Source: an uncultured Alphaproteobacteria bacterium (GTDB lineage: Bacteria; Pseudomonadota; Alphaproteobacteria; Rhizobiales; Aestuariivirgaceae). Taken from it: DNA of 64,000 nt. The translations under genes were made by a program, and so were the position numbers. The stretch covers positions 23,432 to 87,431 of the forward strand of contig CAVYOS010000032.1 of assembly GCA_963770205.1 (NCBI GenBank), written 5' to 3'. This document shows, piece after piece, positions 9,429-18,884 of the stretch (position 1 is its first letter; each line of letters begins with the position of its first letter). The notes below the pieces were generated by a model. The model saw only the letters and a program-made list of their open reading frames with translations. It was not told the DNA's origin and did not search any database.

Positions 9429-10393
9429 CGCGGATGCAGGATCCTCGGATTGGTGACAATTGCGATGATGTCGGCAGTGAGGTTGAGCAGTATATAGGTC
9501 GCAGCGAAGATCAAGGCGCAGGCCTGCACCACCGGAATGTCGCGCGCGCGCACCGCATCCACCATGGCCTGGCCGATGCCGGGATAGACGAACACCACCT
9601 CCACTATAACCACCCCGACCACCAGATAAGCGAGATTGAAGGCGATGACGTTGACGATCGGCGCCCAGGCATTTGGCAATGCATGTTTCAGGATGATTTT
9701 GCTCTTGGGCACGCCTTTAAGCTCGGCCATTTCGATATAGGGGCTCGCCAGCAGGCCGATGATCGAGGCGCGCGTCATTCGCATCATATAGGCCAATATC
9801 ACCATCGTGAGCGTCAGCACCGGCAGGGCCGCGCGGTGCAGCCTCTCGGCGAACGTCATGTCCGGGCTGATTTTAGCAGCGACGGCAGCCAGCCGAGCTT
9901 GACGGCGAAGTATGAGCATCAGGATATAGGCGATGAAAAATTCCGGGAACGATATCACCGTAAGCGTAGTCGCATTGATCAGCCGGTCATAAAGGCTGTT
10001 GCGGTAGAGCGCGGCGAGAAGGCCGAGAGCCAGCGCCAGCGGCACCGAAATCAGCGCCGTGATCGAGGCAAGAAACAGCGTGTTCTTGAGGCGCGGTCCG
10101 ATGATATCGATCACTTGCCGGCGATAGTCGCCCCGTGCCGAAAAGGAAGAGCCGAAGTCGCCCTGAAGAATTCCGCCGATCCAGTTCAGATAACGCAGAT
10201 GCGGCGGCTTATCGAGTCCGATCTCTTTCTGGAAAGCCGCCACTGTTTCCGGCGTGGCGGCCTGTCCGAGAATCGCCTTGGCGAAATCCCCGGGCAGCAT
10301 TTCGATTGCCGCGAAAATCACGATCGAGACGACGAATAAAGTGACGAGACCCAATCCCAACCGCTGCAGCACGGTTTTGAGCACCGGATGCAT
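9425..10393 (-). CDS. ABC transporter permease (DppB/OppB-like)
   Basis: N-terminus MHPVLKTVLQRLGLGLVTLFVVSIVIFA is typical of DppB-type permeases; 322 aa. It has a 4-nt overlap with the downstream permease gene. Confidence 0.85.
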   Translation of the reverse strand: MHPVLKTVLQRLGLGLVTLFVVSIVIFAAIEMLPGDFAKAILGQAATPETVAAFQKEIGLDKPPHLRYLNWIGGILQGDFGSSFSARGDYRRQVIDIIGPRLKNTLFLASITALISVPLALALGLLAALYRNSLYDRLINATTLTVISFPEFFIAYILMLILRRQARLAAVAAKISPDMTFAERLHRAALPVLTLTMVILAYMMRMTRASIIGLLASPYIEMAELKGVPKSKIILKHALPNAWAPIVNVIAFNLAYLVVGVVIVEVVFVYPGIGQAMVDAVRARDIPVVQACALIFAATYILLNLTADIIAIVTNPRILHPR

Positions 10394-10521
10394 GTCTAGC
10401 CCTCACCCTGTGGCTATATTCTTCTTTTCCATGATACTGACAAATTCGGCACCCACTTGCCAGCACGAAATAAGCTCGGCTCCCGGGTTGTCCTGCGCGA
10501 GCTTGACCCGCTGGCGCAACG

Positions 10522-12533
10522 CTAGCCGAGCTTGCGTTCGATTTTTTCCTCAAAGCGCCGGGCAAATATTTTGCGCTTTCCCTCATAGGCCTCGAGCCTG
10601 GCACGGATGATCCAGTGGCTGCGCGTGGCGGTTAGTTCCGAATAAGTTTCCGTCCTTATTTTCCATCGTCCCCGCGCCAGCTCCTCGCTCCAGTGGATCG
10701 ACTGCTTGGCCGAAAGAGGGTCGTCCGGCAGGATCGAATAACTTTCCCGCGCGCATTCCCACATTTGCAGCCGATGCTCCGGCAATTCATGGCGGCCGAA
10801 GTCGTCCAGGATCGTCAGCCGCCTTTCCCCGCTTGCCTGGTCGATCGTCACCTCGCGCTTCTGAACGGGCGGCGAGAGCTCCTTGCGTTTCAAGGGTGGC
10901 GCAGCTTCGGGCTCCTGGAATTCCGGCGCCGGGTCATCGGGCCGCGTCCCGCGCACTGGAAGCTCAACGAAGCTTCCCCCGTATGGACGGTGAGCGTCGC
11001 CGCTTCGGGTGCCGGCCAGATGATCGGCCAGTAGCTTGTGGACAAGGCGATGCGCAGCCGATGTCCTTTCGGAAGGCGCACCGCGATGTCGTCGAGCTTG
11101 ATCCTTGCCGTATATATGCGCCCGGGTTCGAGCGCCTGCGGCGTTTCATGGCCCTCGCGGTGACACAGATTGAGCACCCCGTAAGTGATCCGGGAGACCG
11201 CGCCGTCCGGCCAGATGCCGTTCAGCCTCACCGCGGCGAAGGCGACCGGCTTATCGCTGCTGAAGGTCAAGGTCACGACAGGCGCGCCGACGATATCGAT
11301 GGCTTCCGCCAAAGCGTCGCTGTCGAAGGTCAGCGAACCCGAATCATCATGTCGCTGATCGCCCGGAAACTCGGGCCCCAGCCAGATGATGCAAAACTCG
11401 CCGGCATCGAGTCCGGTATGCTGCGGCGAGGAGATGGCCAAGGCCTCATCCTTTCCGCTCTCGCGGGCGAGGCTGCGGCCGTTGAAATGAAGGCGCTGGC
11501 GCTGAACGCTGTCCGATGGCCAGATATGGTCTTTCACCCACCGTCCCGGAATGAAGCTGACCAAGGCGCCGGGGCGAACGGCATCCATCACATAGGTGCG
11601 GAAGCTCGGCTCACCCAGCACGCGCGTCGGCTCGCCCTTCAACCAGAAATCCCACCAGCGCAATGCTTCTTGCAGGAAGCCGATCCGCGGCCCGGGCACG
11701 GCGAAATGTGGGTATTTATGCGCCCAGGGACCGATGATCCCCTTGGCCGGCGATTTCAAGCCCTGCACCAGCCGCGGCACCGCGTTCGAATAGGCATCGT
11801 TCCAGCCTCCCACACAGAGCGCCGCGGCTTCGATGGCATTCCAGTTCTCGCACACCGAACCGTGCTTCCAGTAATCATCGCGGTGCGGATGCTTGAGCCA
11901 TGTCGCGATCAGCAGGGGCTCGTTTTTTAGTCTTTTGAGCCATGTTTTTCGCCAGCTCCTGCCGACGATCAGCGGGTCGGGAGGTCTGGAGGAGTAAGCA
12001 AACATTGTCGCTGCCCATCCGAGGTTTTCGCTGAGCAGGCAGCCGCCCTTGTAATGTATGTCATCCCCATAACGGTCGTCCGTCGAACACAGGCTGATGA
12101 TCGCTTTGAGCGGCGGCGGGCGGCGCGCGGCGACCTGCAGCGCGTTGAACCCGCCCCAGGATATGCCCATCATGCCGACCCGGCCCGAGCACCATTTCTG
12201 CTCGGCGATCCATTCGATCACGGCAACCGCATCATCCTGCTCCTGTTTCGTATACTCATCGAGCAGAAGCCCTTCGGAATCGCCGCTGCCCCGCATGTCC
12301 ACGCGCACGGCCGCATAGCCATGTGCGGCAAGATAGGGATGGGTCAGCGCGTCGCGCAGGCTGGTCCCGTCGCGTTTTCGGTAGGGGATATATTCCAGGA
12401 TCGCCGGAACGGCGCGCCTTTCGGCGTCGGCCGGCAGCCAGATGCGCGCGGCAAGCCTCACGCCGTCGGGCATCGCAATCCATTCATTGACGATTTCCCG
12501 GATTTTACGCGGGATGCCTTTTACGATCTTCAT
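10522..12533 (-). pseudogene. CocE/NonD family (S15 X-Pro dipeptidyl-peptidase-like) hydrolase, interrupted by a 1-nt frameshift in a C5/G5 homopolymer at 10976-10980
   Basis: ORF 10890..12533 has the alpha/beta-hydrolase core (GISWGG nucleophile elbow, YIPYRKRDGT). ORF 10522..10956 continues the C-terminal domain. Reading the other frame across the G-run gives ...SFVELPVRGTRPDD. Confidence 0.8.
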
Positions 12534-12539
12534 CGCGCG

Positions 12540-13511
12540 CTACATATGTCCCGCATGCGCGAGCGATCGGATGGCTCCGACGATTGCGTCGAATCCGGCC
12601 TTGCACACGGGCGAGACATGACGTGCCCGCATGTAGCTGTGTGTCAGGGCCGGTTCGCTTCTGACTTTTGCCGGAACGCCCGCGGCATTCAGCCGATCCC
12701 CGTAGATAATGGCCTCATCGTGAAGCGGATCGTGCGCAGCCGCGGTGATGAAGGCGGGCGGGAGATCCGAATAGTCGGTCTCGAGCAGGGGGATGATGTA
12801 TTTGTCGCTCCAATTGGCTCCGCCCCGCGGCCCAAGCACCGACTCCCAGTAAAAGATCATTTCCTCGCGGGTGAGACATGGTGCTTCCGCATTGCGCACA
12901 TAGGAGGGTGTGTCGAGATCGGTGCCGAGCACCGGATAGATCAGTACCTGCCCCTGCAGCTGCTTGAGTTTTCTGTCCCTGAGATAGAGGCAGAGCGATG
13001 CGCTCATCTGCCCCCCGGCGCTGTCGCCTGCCGCAATGATGGTGCGGGCGTCGATGCCATGGGCAGCACCTTTCTCCCGCATCCACCGCAGCACCGCCAG
13101 ATTGTCTTCGAGCTGTGCCGGATGTCGATGCTCCGGTGCCAGCCGGTAATCCACCGCGACGACGGTCACATCTGCGCCCTGCGCGATTTCCGCGCACATG
13201 TCGTCATGCGTCTCGATGCTTCCCAGCACCCATCCGCCGCCATGCAGATAGATGACGCCCGGCCTTTCCTCCCCGCCGGCGGGCCGATAGACCCGTACCG
13301 GTACGCTGCCGTCCCGGCGCTCGACTGTGATTTCCTCGATGAGGAGGCCCTCGGGCCTTGCAGCCGCAAAGGAACGGCACACCTCGTCCCAGCTTTTGCG
13401 CTGCTCCGGCAGTGGCCAGTCCACCGCTTCCGGCGGGCTGGCCGCGTTCAGCTTCTTGTAGAATTTCAGCATTCCTTCATCGATCGGCGGCAATTGTCCA
13501 CCCACAGTCAT
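12540..13511 (-). CDS. Alpha/beta hydrolase, hormone-sensitive-lipase-like esterase family
   Basis: HGGGWVLGS oxyanion motif and GDSAGG nucleophile motif. ATG 13511 is preceded by GGGAG. The rest of ORF 12540..14051 is antisense to phoR and was discarded. Confidence 0.85.
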   Translation of the reverse strand: MTVGGQLPPIDEGMLKFYKKLNAASPPEAVDWPLPEQRKSWDEVCRSFAAARPEGLLIEEITVERRDGSVPVRVYRPAGGEERPGVIYLHGGGWVLGSIETHDDMCAEIAQGADVTVVAVDYRLAPEHRHPAQLEDNLAVLRWMREKGAAHGIDARTIIAAGDSAGGQMSASLCLYLRDRKLKQLQGQVLIYPVLGTDLDTPSYVRNAEAPCLTREEMIFYWESVLGPRGGANWSDKYIIPLLETDYSDLPPAFITAAAHDPLHDEAIIYGDRLNAAGVPAKVRSEPALTHSYMRARHVSPVCKAGFDAIVGAIRSLAHAGHM

Positions 13512-13598
13512 CTTTTCGCTCCCGGTAGATTTCGGCAGAAACCAGCTATATGAGAAGGATATGTTGATAGCACGCAAGCCTTTGGCCCCGCCAACTGG

Positions 13599-14714
13599 AT
13601 GATTAGGTTGTTTACCCGCGACGCTGCCCGGCCACCGCCGAGAGAGGAAAATTCTCATTCGAGCGAACCTCTCGCTTTGCTTGCGGCCGTGGCCGACGCG
13701 CTGCCCGATCCGTTCCTGCTTTTGAACCGCGATGGTTATGTGGCGATAGCCAACCGCGCCGCTGAAGACGTGTTTGAGACGCAGCTGACCGGCAAGCATA
13801 TCTCCCATGCGGTTCGCTCGCCGGTTATCCTCGATGCGGTACAGGAAGTGATCGCTCACCGCGATCCTCTGCGCGTTGACTTCGAGCAGCGCATCCCGCT
13901 CCAGCGGCGTTTCGAAGCCTCCATTGCGCCTGTAGCCAAATCGGAGAGCGCGCTGCCGGAGCGACCGGAGATCATCATCCTGCTTCGCGACCTCACGCGC
14001 GAACAGCAGCTTGAGCGCATGCGTGCCGATTTCGTCGCCAATGCCTCCCATGAACTGCGAACGCCGCTTGCCTCGCTTCTCGGCTTCATCGAGACGCTGC
14101 AGGGAGCCGCAAAAAACGATGCCTCCGCGCGTGAGCGATTTCTAGTGCTTATGCGGACCCAGGCGGAGCGCATGGCGCGGCTTATTGACGATCTCCTGTC
14201 CTTGAGCCGCATCGAGCTCAACGCCCATCGCCGCCCGACCGGCGTCGTCGACCTCGAACAGCTGATCCGCCAGGCTGTGGAAATGCTGCAGGCCTCCGCC
14301 GCCGAGGCTGGAGTGGAGATAAACCTTGCCGTCGCCGGCGACCTGCATGTGCCCGGTGACCGCGACGAGTTGATCCAGGTGCTCCAGAATCTTCTCGAAA
14401 ATGCCATAAAATATGCTGCGGCAGGCAAACGCGTCGATATAACAGCGTGTCGCGACAGCGCAGGCCGGGTCGAGGTCGCCGTAGCCGACCATGGTCCGGG
14501 CATCGCCGCCGATTACATACCGCGCCTCACCGAACGCTTCTATCGCGTCAGCGTACAGGAAAGCCGTGCCCGCGGCGGCACCGGCCTCGGCTTGGCGATC
14601 GTCAAGCATATCCTCAACCGCCATCGCGCCAAGCTGATCATCACTTCGGAACTGGGCAAAGGGTCGACCTTCACCGTCCGGCTCCCGGGCGAGCCTGAAA
14701 AACGCGCCGAATAA
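13599..14714 (+). CDS. phoR: Phosphate regulon sensor histidine kinase PhoR (PAS-HisKA-HATPase, no evident TM segment)
   Basis: H-box ANASHELRTPL, plus N, G1 and G2 boxes (LLENAIKY, DHGPGI, GGTGLGLAIV), and a PAS-like N-terminus. It sits immediately upstream of pstSCAB-phoU-phoB. Confidence 0.88.
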   Translation: MIRLFTRDAARPPPREENSHSSEPLALLAAVADALPDPFLLLNRDGYVAIANRAAEDVFETQLTGKHISHAVRSPVILDAVQEVIAHRDPLRVDFEQRIPLQRRFEASIAPVAKSESALPERPEIIILLRDLTREQQLERMRADFVANASHELRTPLASLLGFIETLQGAAKNDASARERFLVLMRTQAERMARLIDDLLSLSRIELNAHRRPTGVVDLEQLIRQAVEMLQASAAEAGVEINLAVAGDLHVPGDRDELIQVLQNLLENAIKYAAAGKRVDITACRDSAGRVEVAVADHGPGIAADYIPRLTERFYRVSVQESRARGGTGLGLAIVKHILNRHRAKLIITSELGKGSTFTVRLPGEPEKRAE

Positions 14715-14726
14715 CAGCAGCTTGGG

Positions 14727-14759
14727 CCGTCATAAAACTGTTACTGCAGCGTTACATAA
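14727..14759 (+). promoter_or_regulatory. Pho box (PhoB binding site) upstream of pstS
   Basis: Three 7-mers in 11-bp phase: CCGTCAT-aaaa-CTGTTAC-tgca-GCGTTAC-ataa. They lie 62 nt upstream of the pstS ATG and match the CTGTCAT-N4 direct-repeat architecture. Confidence 0.7.
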
Positions 14760-14820
14760 ATCGGGGTCCGATCTGGCGAAATCCTGCCACGGCACATGCT
14801 CTTCGAAGGATTTGCAACCC

Positions 14821-15870
14821 ATGAGACGTTCTCCGATCCTCGCTGCCGTTGCCTTGGCAGCAGCACTTCTCTCTTCCGCCGCGGCTGAGGCGCGCGACCA
14901 GATCCGCATCGTCGGCTCCTCTACCGTTTATCCCTTCACCACCGCCGTTGCCGAGAACTTCGGCAAGACATCCGGCATGAAAACGCCTGTCGTCGAATCG
15001 ACCGGAACCGGCGGCGGCATGAAGCTGTTCTGCGCCGGCGTCGGCGTCGATTATCCCGATATCACCAACGCCTCCCGCCGCATCAAGAAAAGCGAATTGG
15101 ACGATTGCAGCAGCCACCAGGTGACCGCCGTCGTTGAGCTCAACATCGGTTTCGACGGCCTTACAATCGCCCATGCCAAGGCTGGTCCCGATATGCAGCT
15201 CACATTGGCGCAGATCTTTCTTGGGCTGGCTAAAAATGTGCCGGGTCCTGACGGCAAGCTCATCCCCAACCCCTACCGGCTATGGTCCGATATCGATCCC
15301 GCTCTGCCATCGACACAGATCGAAGTCCTTGGACCCCCGCCCACATCTGGAACCCGCGACTCGCTGCACGAGCTGTTCATGGAAAAAGGCGCCGCGCAGA
15401 TCGAAGCCCTTGCCGCCGTCAAGGCTGCCGATGCCAAGGCCTTTGAGAATGTCTGGAAGACCATGCGCAATGACGGTGCTTTTATCGAGAGCGGCGAAAA
15501 CGACAACGTCATCGTTCAGAAGCTTGCTGCCAACCCGAATGCGCTTGGCATTTTCGGCTATTCCTTCCTCGAGGAAAATGTGTCGACCCTGAAAGGCGTG
15601 CCCCTCGATGGCGTCGAGCCAACCTTCGAGAACATTGCCTCGGGCACCTACGAGGGCGGCCGTCGCCTCTATGTCTACTTCAAGAAGGACCACTTGGATC
15701 TTGTCCCCGGAATCAAGGAGTTTGCCGCGGAATATGTCTCCCCCGCCGCACTCGGCGAGGACGGCTATCTCGCAGCCAAGGGGCTGGTGCCTCTCCCCGC
15801 AGAAGAGTTTGCGCATGAGGCAGCCAAGATCGGCGCTATGACCCCGATCTCTGCAGCCGATCTGAAATGA
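14821..15870 (+). CDS. pstS: Phosphate ABC transporter substrate-binding protein PstS
   Basis: Signal peptide MRRSPILAAVALAAALLSSAAAEA followed by IRIVGSSTVYPF, which is PstS-family. Operon position supports the call. ORF 14722 adds an unlikely N-terminal extension. Confidence 0.9.
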   Translation: MRRSPILAAVALAAALLSSAAAEARDQIRIVGSSTVYPFTTAVAENFGKTSGMKTPVVESTGTGGGMKLFCAGVGVDYPDITNASRRIKKSELDDCSSHQVTAVVELNIGFDGLTIAHAKAGPDMQLTLAQIFLGLAKNVPGPDGKLIPNPYRLWSDIDPALPSTQIEVLGPPPTSGTRDSLHELFMEKGAAQIEALAAVKAADAKAFENVWKTMRNDGAFIESGENDNVIVQKLAANPNALGIFGYSFLEENVSTLKGVPLDGVEPTFENIASGTYEGGRRLYVYFKKDHLDLVPGIKEFAAEYVSPAALGEDGYLAAKGLVPLPAEEFAHEAAKIGAMTPISAADLK

Positions 15871-17142
15871 TGGCAGCGATCTACGGCCTGGTGTTCTTTT
15901 GCCTCGCCCTTTCGGCTTTTTTTCTACTGGCGGGACGCGCGCAAAGCTTTGCCGAGGCGCAATGCCACGCTTCATTCCCGTCCCGTCTATCACGGCTTGT
16001 ACATGGCAAGCCTGGTGCTCATCTCGGGCCTTGCCGTCTTCATTCTCGGCTGGCCGTTGACCGCATGGATCGCCGAAACCCGTGCCCTTGCCGCACTCCC
16101 CGCCGATGCTGCCCGCACTTATGCTTCGAGCTTGATCCTCGGCCGCTGGCTCGTTCTTCTCCTGGGCGCAATGGTTGCCTGTGCCCTCAGCCTCCTGCTG
16201 CTGCGGCGTGTCGAACCGGAGTTTCGCGCTCGCGCATATTTCGAGCGCGTCGTCGGCTATGTGCTGTTCGCCAGCGCCGCCATTGCCGTCTTCACGACCG
16301 TCGGCATCGTCTTCTCCGTCGTCTTCGAAACCTGGCGGTTTTTCCAGCTTGTCTCGCCCATCGATTTTCTCTTTGGTCTCGAATGGAACCCGCAAGCCGC
16401 GCTTCGCGCCGATCAGGGCGATTTCGGGGGCGCCTTCGGAATCGTGCCCCTGGTGACCGGCACCTTGCTCATCACCCTCATCGCCCTGTGTGTTGCTGGT
16501 CCGATTGGCCTCACCTCGGCCATTTACATGGCCGAATACGCCACGCCGCGCACCCGCGCCATCGTGAAGCCGATGCTGGAGATACTGGCAGGCATCCCGA
16601 CCGTGGTCCTTGGCTTCTTTGCTGCTCTAACCGTTGCACCTTTCATCCGCAATCTCGGCGCTTCCGTCGGCCTGTCGGTCGCCTCGGAATCTGCGCTGGC
16701 GGCGGGACTGGTGATGGGAATGATGATCATACCTTTCGTGTCCTCCCTCTCCGACGACGTGATGAATGCCGTGCCGCAATCCCTGCGCGACGGTTCCTAT
16801 GCCCTCGGCTCGACCAAATCCGAGACCATCAAGAATGTCGTTTTGCCCGCCGCCCTTCCGGGCATCGTTTCCGCCTTCATGCTGGCAATCTCGCGTGCGA
16901 TCGGCGAAACCATGATCGTCTTGATGGCTGCCGGTCTCGCCGCCAATCTCACCTTCAATCCGCTCGCCGCGGTCACGACCTTCACCGTTCAAATCAAGAC
17001 CATCCTCGTCGGCGACCAGGAATTCGACAGTGCCAAGACGCTCTCCGCCTTTGCCTTGGGCTTCGTGCTGTTCTTCCTCACCCTGATGCTCAACATCATC
17101 GCCCTCAAGGTCGTGAAGCGCTATCGGGAACGTTATGACTGA
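15867..17142 (+). pseudogene. pstC: Phosphate ABC transporter permease PstC, apparent +1 frameshift near 15955-15962
   Basis: ATG 15867 overlaps the pstS stop (ATGA) and encodes a TM-like N-terminus (MMAAIYGLVFFCLALSAFFLLAGRA) before turning into Arg/Pro-rich nonsense. The remaining 397 aa of PstC (NATLHSRPVYHG... onward) are in the next frame, ORF 15949..17142. Confidence 0.65.
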
Positions 17143-18864
17143 TTTGGCAAATGCGCGAGGTCGCGGCATCGATTTCACCTCGGACGCAGCGCGCCGGCAC
17201 CTCGCCCGCCGCCACCGCGCCGAGGCGCGCTTCCGGTTCAGCGGCATCATCGGCCTTGCTGTTACGGCGGTATTCCTTCTCGTCCTTATCTCCGATGTGG
17301 CCGTAAGGGGACTGCCTGCTTTCTGGCAGCATTCGCTGCTGCTGGACGTCACGGTTGATCCCGCTTCAATCGATCCAGGCGGCACCCGCGATCCGGCGGC
17401 AATCGCCCGCGCCGATTTCGGCGGTCTGATCAAGGACCGGCTTGCCGGGCTTTTCCCCGAGGTCACTACGCGCGCCGAGCGCAAGCTTCTGAATAGACTT
17501 CTGTCGTCCGGCGCGGCCGATGATCTTCGCCGCCGCATCCTTGCCGATCCTGCGCTGATCGGCAAAACCATCGCTATGCCAGCCCTTCTTTCCGATGACG
17601 CCGACCTTTATTTGAAGGGCACCGGCACCGGCATTGCGGCGCGTTCGGGCGAGGGCGTGGTCACGGTCTCCCTTCTTGCCGACGGTCGCCTCGCGCTGCG
17701 CTCGACAGCGCCGGATTTTGCCTCAGCCCTCGCTGCCATTAAGAGCGAGCTTGCAGCCAGGGCTCAGGTCCTGGAGGATGAAGTGAAGCGCCTGCGCGGC
17801 CAGGGGGCCGCCGCCGCGCGCCTGAAGGCGGCCGAACTCGAAAGCCAGGCGCGCACTCTGCGCACCCGGGCATCGGCGCCCGTCCAGCCCGAGAGGTCTC
17901 GATGGCTCGCTTCAGAGCATCCTCGCCGAGGTGAACGGCGGCCTTATAAAGGCGACCGAAGTCACCGCCGCTGGCATAATCGGCACGCCGCTTTTGAAAG
18001 TCCAATCGCTTGAACCCTCGCCCGCAGGTGCCTGGCGGGTGCTCGTCTATGAAACGCCTAAATCCGCTCGCCGCATCACCGATCAGGAAATCGCCTGGCT
18101 CGAACACCTGCGCGCCAAGGGTATTGTCGAGGGCCATTTCAACACCCGTTTCTTTACCTCCGGCGACAGCCGCGAGCCCGAGCTTGCCGGAATCCGTGGC
18201 GCCCTCATGGGCTCGCTGTTCACGCTCTTCGTCACCATCGCTCTCTGCCTGCCGATCGGTGTCGCCGCGGCGATTTACCTCGAGGAATTCGCCGCCGAAG
18301 AACCGCGTGACGGAGATCATCGAGGTCAACATCAACAATCTTGCCGCCGTCCCCTCGATTGTCTTCGGCCTTCTCGGTCTTGCGCTCTTTCTCAATGCCT
18401 TCGGCCTGCCGCGTTCGGCCGCTCTCGTTGGCGGCATGGTCCTGGCGCTGCTGGTGCTGCCGACCATCATCATCGCCAGCCGCGCTGCACTCAAGGCCGT
18501 GCCGCCCTCGATCCGCGATGCCGCCCTTGCGGTCGGCGCCTCGCATCAGCAGTCGGTATTTCACCATGTCCTGCCGCTTGCCATGCCCGGCATCATGACC
18601 GGCACCATCATCGGAATGGCCCATGCTTTGGGCGAGACCGCCCCGCTGTTGATGATCGGCATGGTCGCCTTCATCGTCGATATCCCTTCGGGTATCACCG
18701 ATTCTGCGACCGTTCTGCCGGTGCAGATCTATCTGTGGTCGGACTTGCCGGAACTCGCTTTTCAGGCCAAGACGGCGGCTGCGATCCTCGTTCTTTTGGT
18801 TTTTCTGTTTGTCATGAACGGTGCGGCGATCGTGCTTCGCCGGCGCTTCGAACGCCGCTGGTAG
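17135..18864 (+). pseudogene. pstA: Phosphate ABC transporter permease PstA (long form with a large periplasmic loop), two +1 frameshifts near 17890-17895 and 18290-18295
   Basis: Three consecutive frames carry the protein: 17135.. (N-terminus and TM1), 17931.. ([20 protein letters not shown]...YLEEFA) and 18010..18864 ([25 protein letters not shown]...). The sequence is continuous across both junctions when one base is skipped at each. Confidence 0.85.
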
Positions 18865-18884
18865 CCATTGCCCCGGAGTTGAAT

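Noticed and set aside
10394-10521. The 9-codon mini-ORF (MEKKNIATG) upstream of the first permease as a leader peptide
   Set aside because: It is too short, has no Shine-Dalgarno and no associated alternative hairpins. It is most likely a chance ORF.
13512-14051. The N-terminal 180 aa of ORF 12540..14051 (minus strand) as part of the esterase
   Set aside because: It is antisense to phoR with no esterase-like sequence. An internal ATG at 13511 with a GGGAG Shine-Dalgarno gives a normal-length HSL-type esterase.
15963-17138. The 423-aa ORF 15867..17138 beyond its first ~30 codons
   Set aside because: After the hydrophobic N-terminus it becomes Arg/Pro/His/Cys-rich nonsense. The real PstC sequence is in the neighbouring frame (15949..17142).
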